The position numbers were made by a program, and so were the translations under genes. The notes beneath the pieces were generated by a model that was given only the letters and a program-made list of their open reading frames with translations, was not told the DNA's origin and did no database searches. Shown here piece by piece: positions 20,004 through 31,065 of a stretch of DNA of 64,000 nt. How positions within the stretch are numbered: position 1 is the first letter of the stretch; each line of letters starts with the position of its first letter. The stretch comes from Verrucomicrobiota bacterium (GTDB lineage: Bacteria; Verrucomicrobiota; Verrucomicrobiia; Limisphaerales; SXQI01): NCBI GenBank assembly GCA_033762115.1, contig JANRLX010000027.1, forward strand, positions 31,291 through 95,290, written 5' to 3'.

Positions 20004-21179
20004 TTAACCGGGTACCAAATCTGAAAATAGTTGTTCGAGAGCGTTGATGTGGTGCTCGAGAGTGAATTTTCGTGCTGTTTGAAAAGCCCCCGCTCTGAGT
20101 TGATGCAAATACGCACGAGAAGCGCAGCAACGTGCCACGGCTTCTGCAAAATGGGAGGGGGAAGGCGGATTCGAAGAGGCCAAATGCCCGTTCACACCTT
20201 CATCGAGCCATTCTGAAATTCCGCCGACATCAAATGCTGCGGCCGGAACGCCGAAAGCGGCGGCTTCAAGTCCGACCAGACCGAACGGTTCCGGCCAGAT
20301 GCCTGGCATTACCAGGAGATCAGTTTCGAGAAATAGTTTTTCACGTTCCAAGGGATTAACCCATCCAATGAATTGAATGGTAATCAGGGGTGAAGTGATC
20401 TGGCGCGCCTGATCCATCCATTGTTTCCGGCAGGGACCATCGCCTGCGAAGGTCAGTAATAAAGGGCGATCCAGTTGATGTTGAATGGCGGGTAATGATT
20501 CGAGCAGCAAACCACCTCCCTTGAGATGATCCATGCGCCCAAGAAAAAGCAGGCGAACATGGTCGTTCCTTGGGAGAAAACTGGTAGATGATCGGGCCGC
20601 TTGCATCACAAAAGGTTTCAGGTGAACGATCTGTCCTCTTGGAAAGCCATGATTTAAATATTCACGGGTCAAATGCCCTGAAAAAGTAACGATTCTTGAA
20701 AAAGACCGGATGGCTTGAAGCTGGGACCAGGCATTCTGATAATCATGAAGCATCGTCAAAGGATTCAACCCCCCGCAACGTTTCGGAAAAAAATGAGCAA
20801 GACAACCGCGACCCAAAGGGCGGGAACAGGCATGTCCCTGGGATTGCCAGGTTTTCAGGCCACTGATGCAAGTGGCCCGATAATCATGCGCGAAATAAAG
20901 CGACGGTGCGAGGGGGAACAGTCGAACGAGATACCGGGGTGAACTGACACCGTGGCAATGAACCATGGTGGGGGACCAGGAATGGGCTTTCTCCTCCCAA
21001 TTCCTGTCAGTCAAAGACCAGGAATGTGAAACCAGGGAATTCAATTCGCCCGGGCCTTCGTTCTCATGGATTAAAGCGAGTTCATGACCGCTTGCTCGCA
21101 AGGCAGGCAGCAGGTTGGAGAGATATCCTTCGATGCCACCGAGTAGGCGCGATTCACGGTTTACGATGAGGAGGCGCAT
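20004..21179 (-). CDS. Glycosyltransferase family 4
   Basis: GGIE, HDY..C, GRMDHLKG, WPEPFGLVGLEA. Start placed at ATG 21179. Confidence 0.92.
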   Translation of the reverse strand: MRLLIVNRESRLLGGIEGYLSNLLPALRASGHELALIHENEGPGELNSLVSHSWSLTDRNWEEKAHSWSPTMVHCHGVSSPRYLVRLFPLAPSLYFAHDYRATCISGLKTWQSQGHACSRPLGRGCLAHFFPKRCGGLNPLTMLHDYQNAWSQLQAIRSFSRIVTFSGHLTREYLNHGFPRGQIVHLKPFVMQAARSSTSFLPRNDHVRLLFLGRMDHLKGGGLLLESLPAIQHQLDRPLLLTFAGDGPCRKQWMDQARQITSPLITIQFIGWVNPLEREKLFLETDLLVMPGIWPEPFGLVGLEAAAFGVPAAAFDVGGISEWLDEGVNGHLASSNPPSPSHFAEAVARCCASRAYLHQLRAGAFQTARKFTLEHHINALEQLFSDLVPG

Positions 21180-22282
21180 CTGGAGGGTAAAAGGGGATAG
21201 GTGGCGGCGAGCGGATGTTGGTGCACTTCGATCAATTTTTCCAAAATCGCAGCAGAGTCGCCAGTGGGAACAATCCAACCATTTATCCCGGGGCGGATTA
21301 ACTCTTTCATCCCGGTGTCCCCTGAAGCGATCACAGGCACCCCGCAGGCGAGCGCTTCGAGACCGGCATATGCAAGCCCATCATTATAACTCGGATGTAC
21401 GCAGACATCGGCCTGCTGCAAACAAGGTAATGGATCGCCGGGCCGGATCTGAATTCGGGGATCGGACCGAACGGCTTGCTGCAGGAAACGATTCATCTGG
21501 CGAGTGCCTGAGCCGCCAATCAAAAGCAATTCAGCGGGGGAAGTCTGAAACGATTGGAACGCCCTGATCAAAACCTGCACCCCTTTAGTGACACTCAAGC
21601 TTCCGACGTAAACGACTCGAAATATATCCTCCTTTTCCCTGCGGTTTGGCGGCACAAAACGGCTTGCAGGCGTGAGGTCAAAACGGGTGAGCTTGCCGGG
21701 AGAAATGCCCTCCTGAACAAAGCTTTCCCTGGTGTAGTTGCTGGAATAGTAAATCCCGGAGGCAAGTTCATATTCAGCAAGAAATCGTTGATGCATTCCA
21801 CGCAAGTAGCCGATCGGCTCAATCGGATGATCATGAAATGCCTGCCGCATTTTTCGGGCAGTCAGGTTGAAGTGAGAATTGGCCGCGGCAAGAATCCTTG
21901 CAGAGGCCCGGGCGTGGCGAAAGGTTGTGAGAGCCTGCCCATTGAAGCAAATGAGCAGGTCGGTCTCGATTTGACGGGAAGCCACCGCGCGATCAAAAAG
22001 CCTGTTTTCAAAGTAGATTTGCCACTCTCGATAAAATCGCAGAGGAGACCATCGTTGCAGCAGGCGCAGACCTGCCAGGGAAATGGAATGGCCATGCGGG
22101 TCCCTGGACAGAGGACGCAGGCAGAAATATTCCGTTGAAACCTGGGGTTGATAATACTCGACAACTTCCTGCAGGTGCCGTCCCAGGCCGCCGGTCCCAA
22201 ACGGGGCGCAACAGGCAATAGCCACTTTCCGCGTGGCAGCAGAAAGGGGAGGGCGATTTGTGAATGGAACAGGCTGGTTCAA
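21161..22282 (-). CDS. Glycosyltransferase family 4
   Basis: YVGSLSVTKG, PSYNDGLAYAGLEALACG. Confidence 0.9.
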   Translation of the reverse strand: MNQPVPFTNRPPLSAATRKVAIACCAPFGTGGLGRHLQEVVEYYQPQVSTEYFCLRPLSRDPHGHSISLAGLRLLQRWSPLRFYREWQIYFENRLFDRAVASRQIETDLLICFNGQALTTFRHARASARILAAANSHFNLTARKMRQAFHDHPIEPIGYLRGMHQRFLAEYELASGIYYSSNYTRESFVQEGISPGKLTRFDLTPASRFVPPNRREKEDIFRVVYVGSLSVTKGVQVLIRAFQSFQTSPAELLLIGGSGTRQMNRFLQQAVRSDPRIQIRPGDPLPCLQQADVCVHPSYNDGLAYAGLEALACGVPVIASGDTGMKELIRPGINGWIVPTGDSAAILEKLIEVHQHPLAATYPLLPSRCASSS

Positions 22283-23130
22283 GGGCGGAGAAATTTGATG
22301 GCGGTGCGGAGGGCCTCGAAACGTACCTTGCGCCTGAGTGAACTGGGAGTTGTTAATTGGGCGGAAGAGCGTTGCAGGTCCCAGTAATTAATCGCCACTT
22401 GCGCTTCGTAAAGCCCCATACAAAGACTCCAGACAAGGCCATGCATTCCGTGACGCCAGGCGCCGGAAGCAAAGTAACGGCCGAGAAATTCAGAAACAGG
22501 GCGTCGCAGCAGCCAGGGCCAGATTGGTGGAGCAACGTTTTGCTTGAGACGTTCTGCGTCCAGCCGGCTGTAACGAAGCTGCTTCTCCAGGAATTTTCCC
22601 AGGTCAAGGACATAACCGGTGTGCTCTATTGCAGCTTCCGGGTCTGGCGGGAGGTGATGAATGGGACCCTTAATTTCAGGATGCTCATGGATCAAGCCGC
22701 TCCAGCTTGCCAGCCCTTTTCGCACGAGCCTGGTCTGAGGGTCAGGCCAGCAACCATGCTCCAGCCAGGTGCCGAGAAAATAATTTTTCCGCGGAACAGT
22801 AAAAGCGGCGGCCGCTTCGCTGTTTTTAATGGCATTGCGCAATCCGTTGGCCAAAGCCGGGGTGGCGCGTTCATCCGCGTCGAGGATGAAGACCCAATCG
22901 TGAGTGCATTGAGCCAGCGCGAGATTACGGACTTTTTCAACGATTGGCAGAACGGGCATTTCCAGGACACGAGCACCGAAGCGCACGGCAATTGAGCGGG
23001 TCTGGTCTGTGCTCGCCATGTCTGCCACCAGCAGCTCGTCCGCCCATTGGAGGGACTCCAGACAACCGGCCAGTTGATTTTCCTCGTTGCGAGTATGCAC
23101 CAGCGCCGTGATCTGTGGCGAAATGCTCAT
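22279..23130 (-). CDS. Glycosyltransferase family 2 (WaaE/KdtX-like)
   Basis: TRNEE, DMASTDQT, RN, LDADE, IHE. Confidence 0.9.
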   Translation of the reverse strand: MSISPQITALVHTRNEENQLAGCLESLQWADELLVADMASTDQTRSIAVRFGARVLEMPVLPIVEKVRNLALAQCTHDWVFILDADERATPALANGLRNAIKNSEAAAAFTVPRKNYFLGTWLEHGCWPDPQTRLVRKGLASWSGLIHEHPEIKGPIHHLPPDPEAAIEHTGYVLDLGKFLEKQLRYSRLDAERLKQNVAPPIWPWLLRRPVSEFLGRYFASGAWRHGMHGLVWSLCMGLYEAQVAINYWDLQRSSAQLTTPSSLRRKVRFEALRTAIKFLRP

Positions 23131-23286
23131 ACCTCGATTAATCGCTGTTCAATGAGGCAAGTAAAGATCGCAAGTGGATTTGACGTTCGATTAAATCATC
23201 ATTCCAGGGGATTGATTCGGCTGGTCAAAAAAGCTGGTTCCGGTTAACAAAGCGGCGTCTGTCGAAGCTTTGACAGAGGATCATCC

Positions 23287-24171
23287 ATGAGCGCACAAAC
23301 CTTTGCCGAATTTTATAGAGCGAAAAAGCCCGTCATTTCTTTCGAGGTGTTTCCTCCAAAAACAGATGCCGCTTACGATAATCTCCGGCAAATCCTGCCT
23401 GAATTAGTGGCGCTGAAACCGGACTTCATGACAGTGACATATGGGGCCTTTGGGTCCACCCAGGAACGGACGCTGGAAATTGCCCGGTTGATCCAGGACA
23501 AGTATGGCTTGCCCACAGCCTGCCACCTCACATGTGTCGGGTCATCACGGAGCGACCTGGACAAAATTCTTTCTGATTTTGAAAAAGCCGGGATCAAAAA
23601 CATCGTGGCTTTGAGAGGGGACCCTCCTCAGGGGCAAACCGCTTTTGTGCCACCGGCTGATGGTTACTCCCATGCAGACCAGCTCGTTCGCCACATTCGT
23701 GATCGTGAAAGCAGCGGCGGGACTCGGTTTGGCATCGTGGTGGCCGGATACCCGGAAAAGCATGTGGAAGCTCCGGACCTTCAAACCGACATGTTGAATT
23801 TGAAGCGAAAGGTCGAGGCTGGCGCTGACGGGGTGGTAACCCAGCTTTTTTACGAGAATGACTTCTTCTTCAGATTTCAGGATTCCATGCAAAAGCTGGG
23901 AGTGCATGTGCCAATCATCCCGGGCCTGTTACCAGTCCTCTCGGCCAAACAAATCATGCGCATCACATCCCTTTGCGGTTCCTGTCTGCCCAAGGGATTG
24001 ATGGCTGAATTGGAATTGGCTGGAGATGATGCTGACAAAGCGGAAGCCATCGGGGTCAAGCAATGCGTAGCGCAGGCGAAAGAACTGATTGCGCGCGGGG
24101 TTCCCGGAATTCATTTTTATGTGCTGAACAAGTCCTCGCACATGAAGCAGATCATGGCATCCTTGCGCTGA
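23287..24171 (+). CDS. metF: 5,10-methylenetetrahydrofolate reductase
   Basis: ISFEVFPPK, VTYGA, HLTC, ALRGD, AGYPEKH, TQLFY, HFYVLN. Confidence 0.95.
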   Translation: MSAQTFAEFYRAKKPVISFEVFPPKTDAAYDNLRQILPELVALKPDFMTVTYGAFGSTQERTLEIARLIQDKYGLPTACHLTCVGSSRSDLDKILSDFEKAGIKNIVALRGDPPQGQTAFVPPADGYSHADQLVRHIRDRESSGGTRFGIVVAGYPEKHVEAPDLQTDMLNLKRKVEAGADGVVTQLFYENDFFFRFQDSMQKLGVHVPIIPGLLPVLSAKQIMRITSLCGSCLPKGLMAELELAGDDADKAEAIGVKQCVAQAKELIARGVPGIHFYVLNKSSHMKQIMASLR

Positions 24172-24174
24172 TCC

Positions 24175-25155
24175 TCAGGCCGGGTTCTCCCATCGAAGTG
24201 GTTCAAATATCAATTCCGCACGCCCGTTCTGGTGTAGCAGCACACGGTAAAATCCCCCGTCCTTGAGCAATTGCGACCCCGCCAGGGAAGGGCAAAGGAC
24301 CACCTTGAACGGTTTCCAGCCCCTTGCCCGGTTTAATGCAGAACTCATCCTTCGCACGGCATTCCCCAAAAATGTCAGCGTCGGCATTCCTGCCAGAACC
24401 CGGCTCAAGCGGAAAACAAGCGGTGTGTGAAGATGGCCAATTACAGTGCGTTCGATTTGTGAGAAGCGTTCACTGACCTGGGGAATTTGCGCGAGGAACG
24501 GCAGGGCGCTGGGATCATGGCAAAAAAGCAGAATGCGATGGCCGGGAGGAATGTCTTCAAACAATGCGGCCACTTTTCTGATATGTTCGTTTCTTGATTC
24601 TTTCCAGGCATCACGCTCATTTGGCAGCGTTTCCGGTTCAAATACAGGCAACGCGAGCAAACTTGAAGTAACTCCGATCAATGTATGAAATTCGAGCTTT
24701 ACCGACCATGTGGGTTGAAGCCCAAGCTCATGGGTCGCTCGTTGCAAACTCCCAATTCGAAACCCTCCGCTCCTCCCTGCCAGGCTCTGCTTGCCGATTT
24801 CATGATCTCCGATGGTCAATCGCAGGCGTGCGCCAAATTTTTCGCGAAGTTTGCCAATACAAAGCGAGGCGCTTTGAAACGAAGGATCATCCATCACACC
24901 GATAAACGCTGAATCGCATGAGTAATCGCCATTGGCGATGACAATATCCGGCGCTCCAGCGCGCTCCAGCAACTGGTCCAGCAGGTGATTATGTCCGAAT
25001 GGATCGCGCAACCAGACCACTCTCCGGAAAAAACGAATGAACATGCGGGACATTGGATTGTGAACCTGCTGAAGTTCAAAATCCACTCGCTCCTTTTCAG
25101 CCGGCCCCGCAAAATGAATATCGCTGAGGACCAGCAGCTGTTTCGTTTCCGCCAT
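24175..25155 (-). CDS. Calcineurin-like metallophosphoesterase
   Basis: SDIH, NGDY, GDHE, FCHDP, GHLH. Start placed at ATG 25155 to avoid overlap with the divergent gene. Confidence 0.85.
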   Translation of the reverse strand: MAETKQLLVLSDIHFAGPAEKERVDFELQQVHNPMSRMFIRFFRRVVWLRDPFGHNHLLDQLLERAGAPDIVIANGDYSCDSAFIGVMDDPSFQSASLCIGKLREKFGARLRLTIGDHEIGKQSLAGRSGGFRIGSLQRATHELGLQPTWSVKLEFHTLIGVTSSLLALPVFEPETLPNERDAWKESRNEHIRKVAALFEDIPPGHRILLFCHDPSALPFLAQIPQVSERFSQIERTVIGHLHTPLVFRLSRVLAGMPTLTFLGNAVRRMSSALNRARGWKPFKVVLCPSLAGSQLLKDGGFYRVLLHQNGRAELIFEPLRWENPA

Positions 25156-25236
25156 TCGCGAACTTGAATAGCATAGAGTCGAACTTGAGGCGAATCTCCC
25201 TTGGACGGCTTCACAGCTGATGTAGAATGGGGAGGG

Positions 25237-26466
25237 ATGGTAGCAGAAGAGAGAACGCGGATCACCTACCGCAATGAACGTTGGCGGGCGGTTTCCGCGG
25301 GGGTGCTGGAGAGTGCCGGGACCGCATTTCTTCTTTTGATCGCCGTAAAATGGTTTCATGCCGGGGCCATCGCCAAAGCCCTCGTTGCAGGAGGCGGCAG
25401 CTTCGGACTGATGCTTTCTCCCGTGATGGTGGGAGTTGTCAGCAGACTGGGCTGGCCCACTTCACGCGCTGCGGGGCGGCTGGCATTCATTGGCTGCGGC
25501 TTGTTTTTTTTGATGGCCATCTTCCCATTTATCGGGGTGTTTGTCGTGGGGAGTGTGCTTGCGATGACCATGTCCACAGCGGCAATCCCGTTGCTCACAC
25601 ATCTTTACCATGAAAATTATCCGGAGAGCCTTCGCGGGCGGCTTTTCTCCCGGACAGTGATGATCCGCATCGCCTCGGCAGCAATTTTCAGTTATGCGGC
25701 GGGAGCTTTCCTGGATGTGGATATCGGAAGATTCCGATGGTTGCTCGTTGCTTTTGCCATGGCTTTTGCGCTGGCGGGCTGGAAACTGATACACTCTCCC
25801 TCTTCTCCCCTGCACGAACTGGAAGGCACGCATCCGTTTCGGTCTTTGAGATTTGCCAGGAGCGATCCGATGTTCCGTCGAACCTTGATTTCATGGATGT
25901 TGCTCGGTTTCGGCAATCTGATGATGGTCCCGATCCGGGTGGAATATCTTGCGAACCCCGGACACGGGCTCGGATTATCCGTGGAAAAAGTGGCATTGAT
26001 CGTCGGCGTGGTTCCCAATCTCGCCCGGTTTGTGATGAGCCCGGTGTGGGGATGGTTTTTCGATCACCTGAATTTTTTTCTGCTGCGAGTTGTGCTGAAT
26101 ATCGGATTCGCTGTTGGCATCCTCTCCTTTTTCACCAGCGATAGTTACACCGGATTGATCATTGGGGCGGTGGTGTACGGTATCTCGATGGCCGGAGGCG
26201 ACATCGCCTGGAGTTTATGGGTCACAAAGTTTGCGCCGCCGCAACGAGTCGCTGATTACATGAGTGTGCATACTTTCTTCACCGGCCTGCGCGGCATCGC
26301 GGCACCCATTGCAGCCTTTTATTTTTTGGGACTTTTTCCAGTGGTGTATCTGGGGTATTTCAGTGCCGCACTGATTGTGGTTGCCAGCCTGCTGCTGCTG
26401 CCGGAGATAAGAATCAATCGATTCGGCCGAAAATCCGGCGCTCTTACCGAGGAAGTGAGCGATTGA
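25237..26466 (+). CDS. MFS transporter
   Basis: About 12 hydrophobic segments, RGRLFS, WGWFFD. Confidence 0.85.
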   Translation: MVAEERTRITYRNERWRAVSAGVLESAGTAFLLLIAVKWFHAGAIAKALVAGGGSFGLMLSPVMVGVVSRLGWPTSRAAGRLAFIGCGLFFLMAIFPFIGVFVVGSVLAMTMSTAAIPLLTHLYHENYPESLRGRLFSRTVMIRIASAAIFSYAAGAFLDVDIGRFRWLLVAFAMAFALAGWKLIHSPSSPLHELEGTHPFRSLRFARSDPMFRRTLISWMLLGFGNLMMVPIRVEYLANPGHGLGLSVEKVALIVGVVPNLARFVMSPVWGWFFDHLNFFLLRVVLNIGFAVGILSFFTSDSYTGLIIGAVVYGISMAGGDIAWSLWVTKFAPPQRVADYMSVHTFFTGLRGIAAPIAAFYFLGLFPVVYLGYFSAALIVVASLLLLPEIRINRFGRKSGALTEEVSD

Positions 26467-27483
26467 TCAACGCTGATGGGCTGCCCTGGTGAGACGATCC
26501 CGAACTCCTTCCCACTCGGGAGTTGCTGGCAGATCCTCAACAATGATCAATTTCGCGCCCGTTTCATCGCAGCGATGCAGCTCTGAATAAAGCGCCCGGG
26601 CATAGGCTTCAGCATCCGCTGGAATAAGCGCAATGCGACCAAGTGAATTGCTGTGGGGGACCTTCTCATGACAAACCAGGTGGATGAGCCTGGGATTTAC
26701 CCCGCTTTCATCGATGATCCTGGTTAACTCCGTTTCATTTTTCCATGTGCGCAAAACCAAGCAGGCTTGAGGGGAATAATGGCGTGCGAGTTGCCCAGGA
26801 CTTTTTGCCGGGCCATTCGAAATTTTTTTCGAGTCGCGCTGCTCTTTTCCCAGGGTCTTTTCAATAGCTTTGCTTGTGATCGAACCGGGTCGCAGAAGAT
26901 GGAACCCTGAGGCCGTCACTTCAATTACCGTGGATTCAATTCCCACCGCTGAGGGACCTGCATCAATCACGAGCGGAATTCGTTCACCAAGGCTTTTGAT
27001 CACATGTTCAGCCTGGGTGGGTGAAAGCTCGTTGGAACTGTTGGCGCTGGGCGCGGCCAGTGGAAAACCGCACTCCTGGATCAGCGCCTGCATGAACGGA
27101 TGAGAGGGCCAGCGAATGCCCACAGTGTTCCCTCCGGCGGTAACAGCATCCGGAATTCTGGAAGATTTGGGCAGGACAATCGTTAAGGGGCCGGGCCAAA
27201 ATTGACGCGCCAAAAGTTCCGCATCCTCCGGCCAGTTGCTGACACATTGCAGCGCCATTTCGCGAGAAGCAACGTGGACAATCAACGGATTGCTTGCAGG
27301 CCTTTCCTTGGCCGCAAAAATTCGCAGGACGGCCTCCTCGTCCCAGGCATTTGCCGCCAGCCCGTAAACAGTTTCCGTCGGTACGGCCACCAGTTCTCCG
27401 CGACGCAGCAGTTCGGCGGCTTTGAAGACGGCATGACGCAGGTCGTCAGGAAATTCGATTCGAAAAATTTCCGCCACAATCAA
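26467..27483 (-). CDS. sua5: L-threonylcarbamoyladenylate synthase (Sua5 form)
   Basis: PTETVYGL, KERPASNPLIVH, WPGPLT, APSAN, GIESTV, SPGQLARHYSP, and a SUA5 C-terminal domain. Confidence 0.95.
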   Translation of the reverse strand: MIVAEIFRIEFPDDLRHAVFKAAELLRRGELVAVPTETVYGLAANAWDEEAVLRIFAAKERPASNPLIVHVASREMALQCVSNWPEDAELLARQFWPGPLTIVLPKSSRIPDAVTAGGNTVGIRWPSHPFMQALIQECGFPLAAPSANSSNELSPTQAEHVIKSLGERIPLVIDAGPSAVGIESTVIEVTASGFHLLRPGSITSKAIEKTLGKEQRDSKKISNGPAKSPGQLARHYSPQACLVLRTWKNETELTRIIDESGVNPRLIHLVCHEKVPHSNSLGRIALIPADAEAYARALYSELHRCDETGAKLIIVEDLPATPEWEGVRDRLTRAAHQR

Positions 27484-27500
27484 TTCTCTGCGATCGCTTC

Positions 27501-29564
27501 CTACCAGATTTTGACCCGATCTTCCGGTTTTTTATACATCTTCTCGCCCGGTTTGATATCAAAAGCATCGTAGAATTCCTGCAAATTGACATGGGGTCCC
27601 ACGGCGCGAAATTGTCCCGGCGAATGAGGTCCCACGGTTATTTGACGCTGTAATGCCGCATCCCGCCAATTGATCCGCCATACCTGGGACATGGAAAGAA
27701 AAAAGCGTTGCTCAGGCGTAAAACCATCGATCATCTTCCGTTTGGAAGGATCCTTCGCCAGGGCACGTTGCAACGCTTCATAGGCGATGCTTGCGCCCCC
27801 GAGATCGGCAATATTTTCACCGAGGGAAAGACGGCCATTCACTTTCAACCCTGGCAAGGCTTCATACTGGTTATACTGCTCAACCAGTTTTTCCGCGCGC
27901 GCTTCAAACGCTTTGCTGTCCTCAGCGGTCCACCAGTCATTAAGGTTGCCGTCAATATCGTATTTGCGTCCCTGATCATCATAACCGTGGGTAATTTCAT
28001 GGCCGATCACATAACCGATGGCGCCATAGTTTACCGCGTCATCCGCTTCAAGATCAAAGAACGGTGGCTGGAGAATTCCGGCAGGGAAGGCAATTTCGTT
28101 TTGCGTCCCGCTGAAGTAGGCATTCACCGTTTGAGGGGTCATGCTCCATTCATTTTTGTCCACTGGTTTGCCGATCCGGTCAAACCGGCGTTTCGTATCA
28201 AATGCCTCGGCCCGCTGCACGTTCCCGAGATAATCATCCGGTTTGATCTCCACTGAGGAATAATCACGGAACTTATCTGGATGCCCTATTTTTCTTTTGA
28301 AACGCGCAAATTTGGCCAGAGCCTTTTCACGTGTCGGTGGGGTCATCCATTCCAGTTTGCCGAGTCGGTCCCGAAATACAGCCTCAAGATTGTCAATCAG
28401 TTCATTCATGCGCTTCCGGGCGGCTGGCGTGAAATGCTTCTGCACATACACCTCTCCCACTGCTTCTCCAATGCCGTCGTCAATCACTCGGGCGGCCCGT
28501 TTCCATCGCGGTTCCTGCTCAGGAATCCCGTTGATTACAGCACCGTAAAAAGCAAACGACTCCGCGCTCGCTGCCTCATGCAAATAAGGGGCCGCACTGG
28601 AAATGATATGCCATGACACATAGGTCTTTAAATCTTCCATCGGCGTTTCCTTCAGCAAAGTTTCCAGTGTGCCAAAGAATGCTGGCTGACCGACAATCAT
28701 TTCCGGCAGATCTGTGAGGTGGGCTGCAGCAAGGTAACTGCTTAATGGCAGACCGGGATATTTTTTGAGCAAATCCGATCGGGTGAACTTGTGATAATTG
28801 GCCAGGGCATCTCGAAGATCGACCTTTGATTTGCTTCCCTGTGCCAGTGCGGTCTCCAGACTTATAATGCGATCCGCTTTCGCGATCGCCTTCTCTTCCG
28901 AGTCCCCGAGCAGCCGGAACATCTTTGTAATATGTTTCTGGTAGGCTTCTCGGATTTTGGCGAATCCTTCGCTCAGATAATACTCACGATCAGGCATTCC
29001 AAGCCCTCCCTGGCTTAAATAAAAACCATAAACAGAGCTTTTTTTCTGGTCCGGGTAGGCGGCAGCCCCAAAAAATGAACTGACTCCCCGCCGATGCAGA
29101 TCGGCCATCAATTCGAACAACTCATCCACCGACTTGCATGCCATGACTTTTTTCAAATCCGGCTGGACGGGGGAGAATTGCAGTTGCTCCAGCCGATTCG
29201 TATCGAGAGCTGACCGAAAAAAATTTCCAACCTGTTGCTCCGGACCCTTTTCGGTGGCCTGAACAGATTCTTCCAGGATCCGCTTGATCAAATATTGGTT
29301 TCGCTCCCGTAACTGGGCAAACGCCCCCCAGGAAGGCTTGTCTGATGGAACAGGATTTTTCTTTGCCCAGGTTCCTGAAGCATATTGATAAAAATCGGTT
29401 CCCGGAGCCACTGACCGATCCATGTGCTCGACAGAAAAGCGGGGGATTTCAGGCTCAACATCAGCGGCGCTGCCCAAAGTTGTGGTCACTGCCAGCATGG
29501 CTGCTGAAAACCATTGGGTAGCAATTGATTGAAGCAGGGAAGGCTTAAAGCTGGTCATTCGCAT
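27501..29564 (-). CDS. M13 family zinc metallopeptidase (neprilysin/PepO-like), secreted
   Basis: VNAY, HEITH, GENIAD, HSP, and an N-terminal signal-like segment. Confidence 0.95.
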   Translation of the reverse strand: MRMTSFKPSLLQSIATQWFSAAMLAVTTTLGSAADVEPEIPRFSVEHMDRSVAPGTDFYQYASGTWAKKNPVPSDKPSWGAFAQLRERNQYLIKRILEESVQATEKGPEQQVGNFFRSALDTNRLEQLQFSPVQPDLKKVMACKSVDELFELMADLHRRGVSSFFGAAAYPDQKKSSVYGFYLSQGGLGMPDREYYLSEGFAKIREAYQKHITKMFRLLGDSEEKAIAKADRIISLETALAQGSKSKVDLRDALANYHKFTRSDLLKKYPGLPLSSYLAAAHLTDLPEMIVGQPAFFGTLETLLKETPMEDLKTYVSWHIISSAAPYLHEAASAESFAFYGAVINGIPEQEPRWKRAARVIDDGIGEAVGEVYVQKHFTPAARKRMNELIDNLEAVFRDRLGKLEWMTPPTREKALAKFARFKRKIGHPDKFRDYSSVEIKPDDYLGNVQRAEAFDTKRRFDRIGKPVDKNEWSMTPQTVNAYFSGTQNEIAFPAGILQPPFFDLEADDAVNYGAIGYVIGHEITHGYDDQGRKYDIDGNLNDWWTAEDSKAFEARAEKLVEQYNQYEALPGLKVNGRLSLGENIADLGGASIAYEALQRALAKDPSKRKMIDGFTPEQRFFLSMSQVWRINWRDAALQRQITVGPHSPGQFRAVGPHVNLQEFYDAFDIKPGEKMYKKPEDRVKIW

Positions 29565-29679
29565 GACGACAAATTACCCGTTCAAATGGAAAAGTCAGGT
29601 GAATCCTTTTCTTTGTAACCACGCAGACCGCAACGTTCGTCTTAGACTCTGTCCTGGAGTAAAAATCGATTACATTTTT

Positions 29680-31014
29680 ATGCGCATACTTATTCCTGCT
29701 CTTTGCCTGGTAACCGCATTGGTGGCTGCCCATGCAGCCAGTCCCTCGGAAAACTCCTGGCCGCAATGGCGTGGACCGCTCGCCACGGGCGTCGCTCCCA
29801 AAGGCAAAGTCCCCTCCGAATGGAGTGAAGAGAAGAATGTGCAATGGAAATACCAAATTCATGGCTTCGGCTCTTCCACCCCGATTGTCTGGGGCAACCA
29901 GGTATTTATTCAGACTGCTGTTCCCACCGGCAAAAAAGAGGAAAAACCGCAGGCTGAAGAACCGTCAGGCAGGCGCGGACGCGGGGAAGTTCCAACCGAG
30001 TACCAGGATTTCGTGATTCTCTCAGTGGACAGGACAACCGGTAAACAACTTTGGCAAAAGACTGCCAGGACAGAACTTCCACATGAAGGCCATCATAAGG
30101 ATCATGGGTTCGCCTCTGCTTCACCTGTAACTGATGGAGAACACCTCTACGTCTATTTTGGCTCCCGCGGGTTATATTGCTACGATCTTTCCGGAAATCT
30201 GAAATGGGAAAAGGACCTGGGTGACATGCGCACCCGGAACGGTTTTGGTGAAGGAAGTTCTCCAGCGTTGCACGGCAATACGCTGGTGGTGAATTGGGAC
30301 CATGAAGGAGAGGATTTTATTGCCGCCCTTGATAAGCGAACTGGCAAGGAAATCTGGAGAAAGCCTCGTGAGGAGGCAACGACCTGGGTGACTCCTGTAA
30401 TCTTTGAGCACAGTGGCAAAACCCAGGTGGTAGTCAGCGCGACCACCAAAATTCGCAGTTACGACCTCAACAATGGAGAAGTCATCTGGGAATGTTCCGG
30501 AATGACTGCCAATGTCATTCCCACTCCGGTCATTGGCTTTGACATGGTTTATGCCTTAAGCGGCTTTCGCGGCAATTCCCTCCTCGCCATTAAGCTGGGC
30601 AGAACCGGAGACCTTACAGGCACCGATGCAATCGCCTGGAGCCACAACAAAAATACTCCTTATGTCCCATCCCCTTTGCTTTACGGCGAAAGACTGTATT
30701 TCTTCGGGGGGAACAATGCCATCCTCTCCTGTTTTAATGCAAAAACGGGCAAGGTCCTGATTGATGCGGAACGGCTCCCTGGGATTTTTGGTGTGTATGG
30801 ATCCCCGATTGCTGCGGATGGCAAGGTTTTCCTGGTTGGGCGGGAGGGCGTCTCTCTCGTCATCAAGGACTCCGATAAATTGGAACTGCTTGCCACCAAC
30901 AAACTGGACGACAAATTTGATGCCTCGCCTGCAATCAGCGGCAATCAACTCTTCCTTCGCGGTCATAAATTCCTTTACGCCATTTCAGACACCAAGGAGA
31001 TGGCTGACAAATAA
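29680..31014 (+). CDS. PQQ-like beta-propeller repeat protein (BamB-like repeats)
   Basis: Signal peptide, WPQWRGP, repeated SSP/TP...D..TG...W motifs. Confidence 0.88.
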   Translation: MRILIPALCLVTALVAAHAASPSENSWPQWRGPLATGVAPKGKVPSEWSEEKNVQWKYQIHGFGSSTPIVWGNQVFIQTAVPTGKKEEKPQAEEPSGRRGRGEVPTEYQDFVILSVDRTTGKQLWQKTARTELPHEGHHKDHGFASASPVTDGEHLYVYFGSRGLYCYDLSGNLKWEKDLGDMRTRNGFGEGSSPALHGNTLVVNWDHEGEDFIAALDKRTGKEIWRKPREEATTWVTPVIFEHSGKTQVVVSATTKIRSYDLNNGEVIWECSGMTANVIPTPVIGFDMVYALSGFRGNSLLAIKLGRTGDLTGTDAIAWSHNKNTPYVPSPLLYGERLYFFGGNNAILSCFNAKTGKVLIDAERLPGIFGVYGSPIAADGKVFLVGREGVSLVIKDSDKLELLATNKLDDKFDASPAISGNQLFLRGHKFLYAISDTKEMADK

Positions 31015-31065
31015 TCACGCTCTACATAAGCTCGAAGGCGACTGCACCATTCAGCCGCCAACAAA

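Noticed and set aside
23131..23286. Possible SAM/SAH riboswitch before metF; hairpin at 23258-23277
   Set aside because: Only a simple hairpin next to the SD. No riboswitch consensus recognised.
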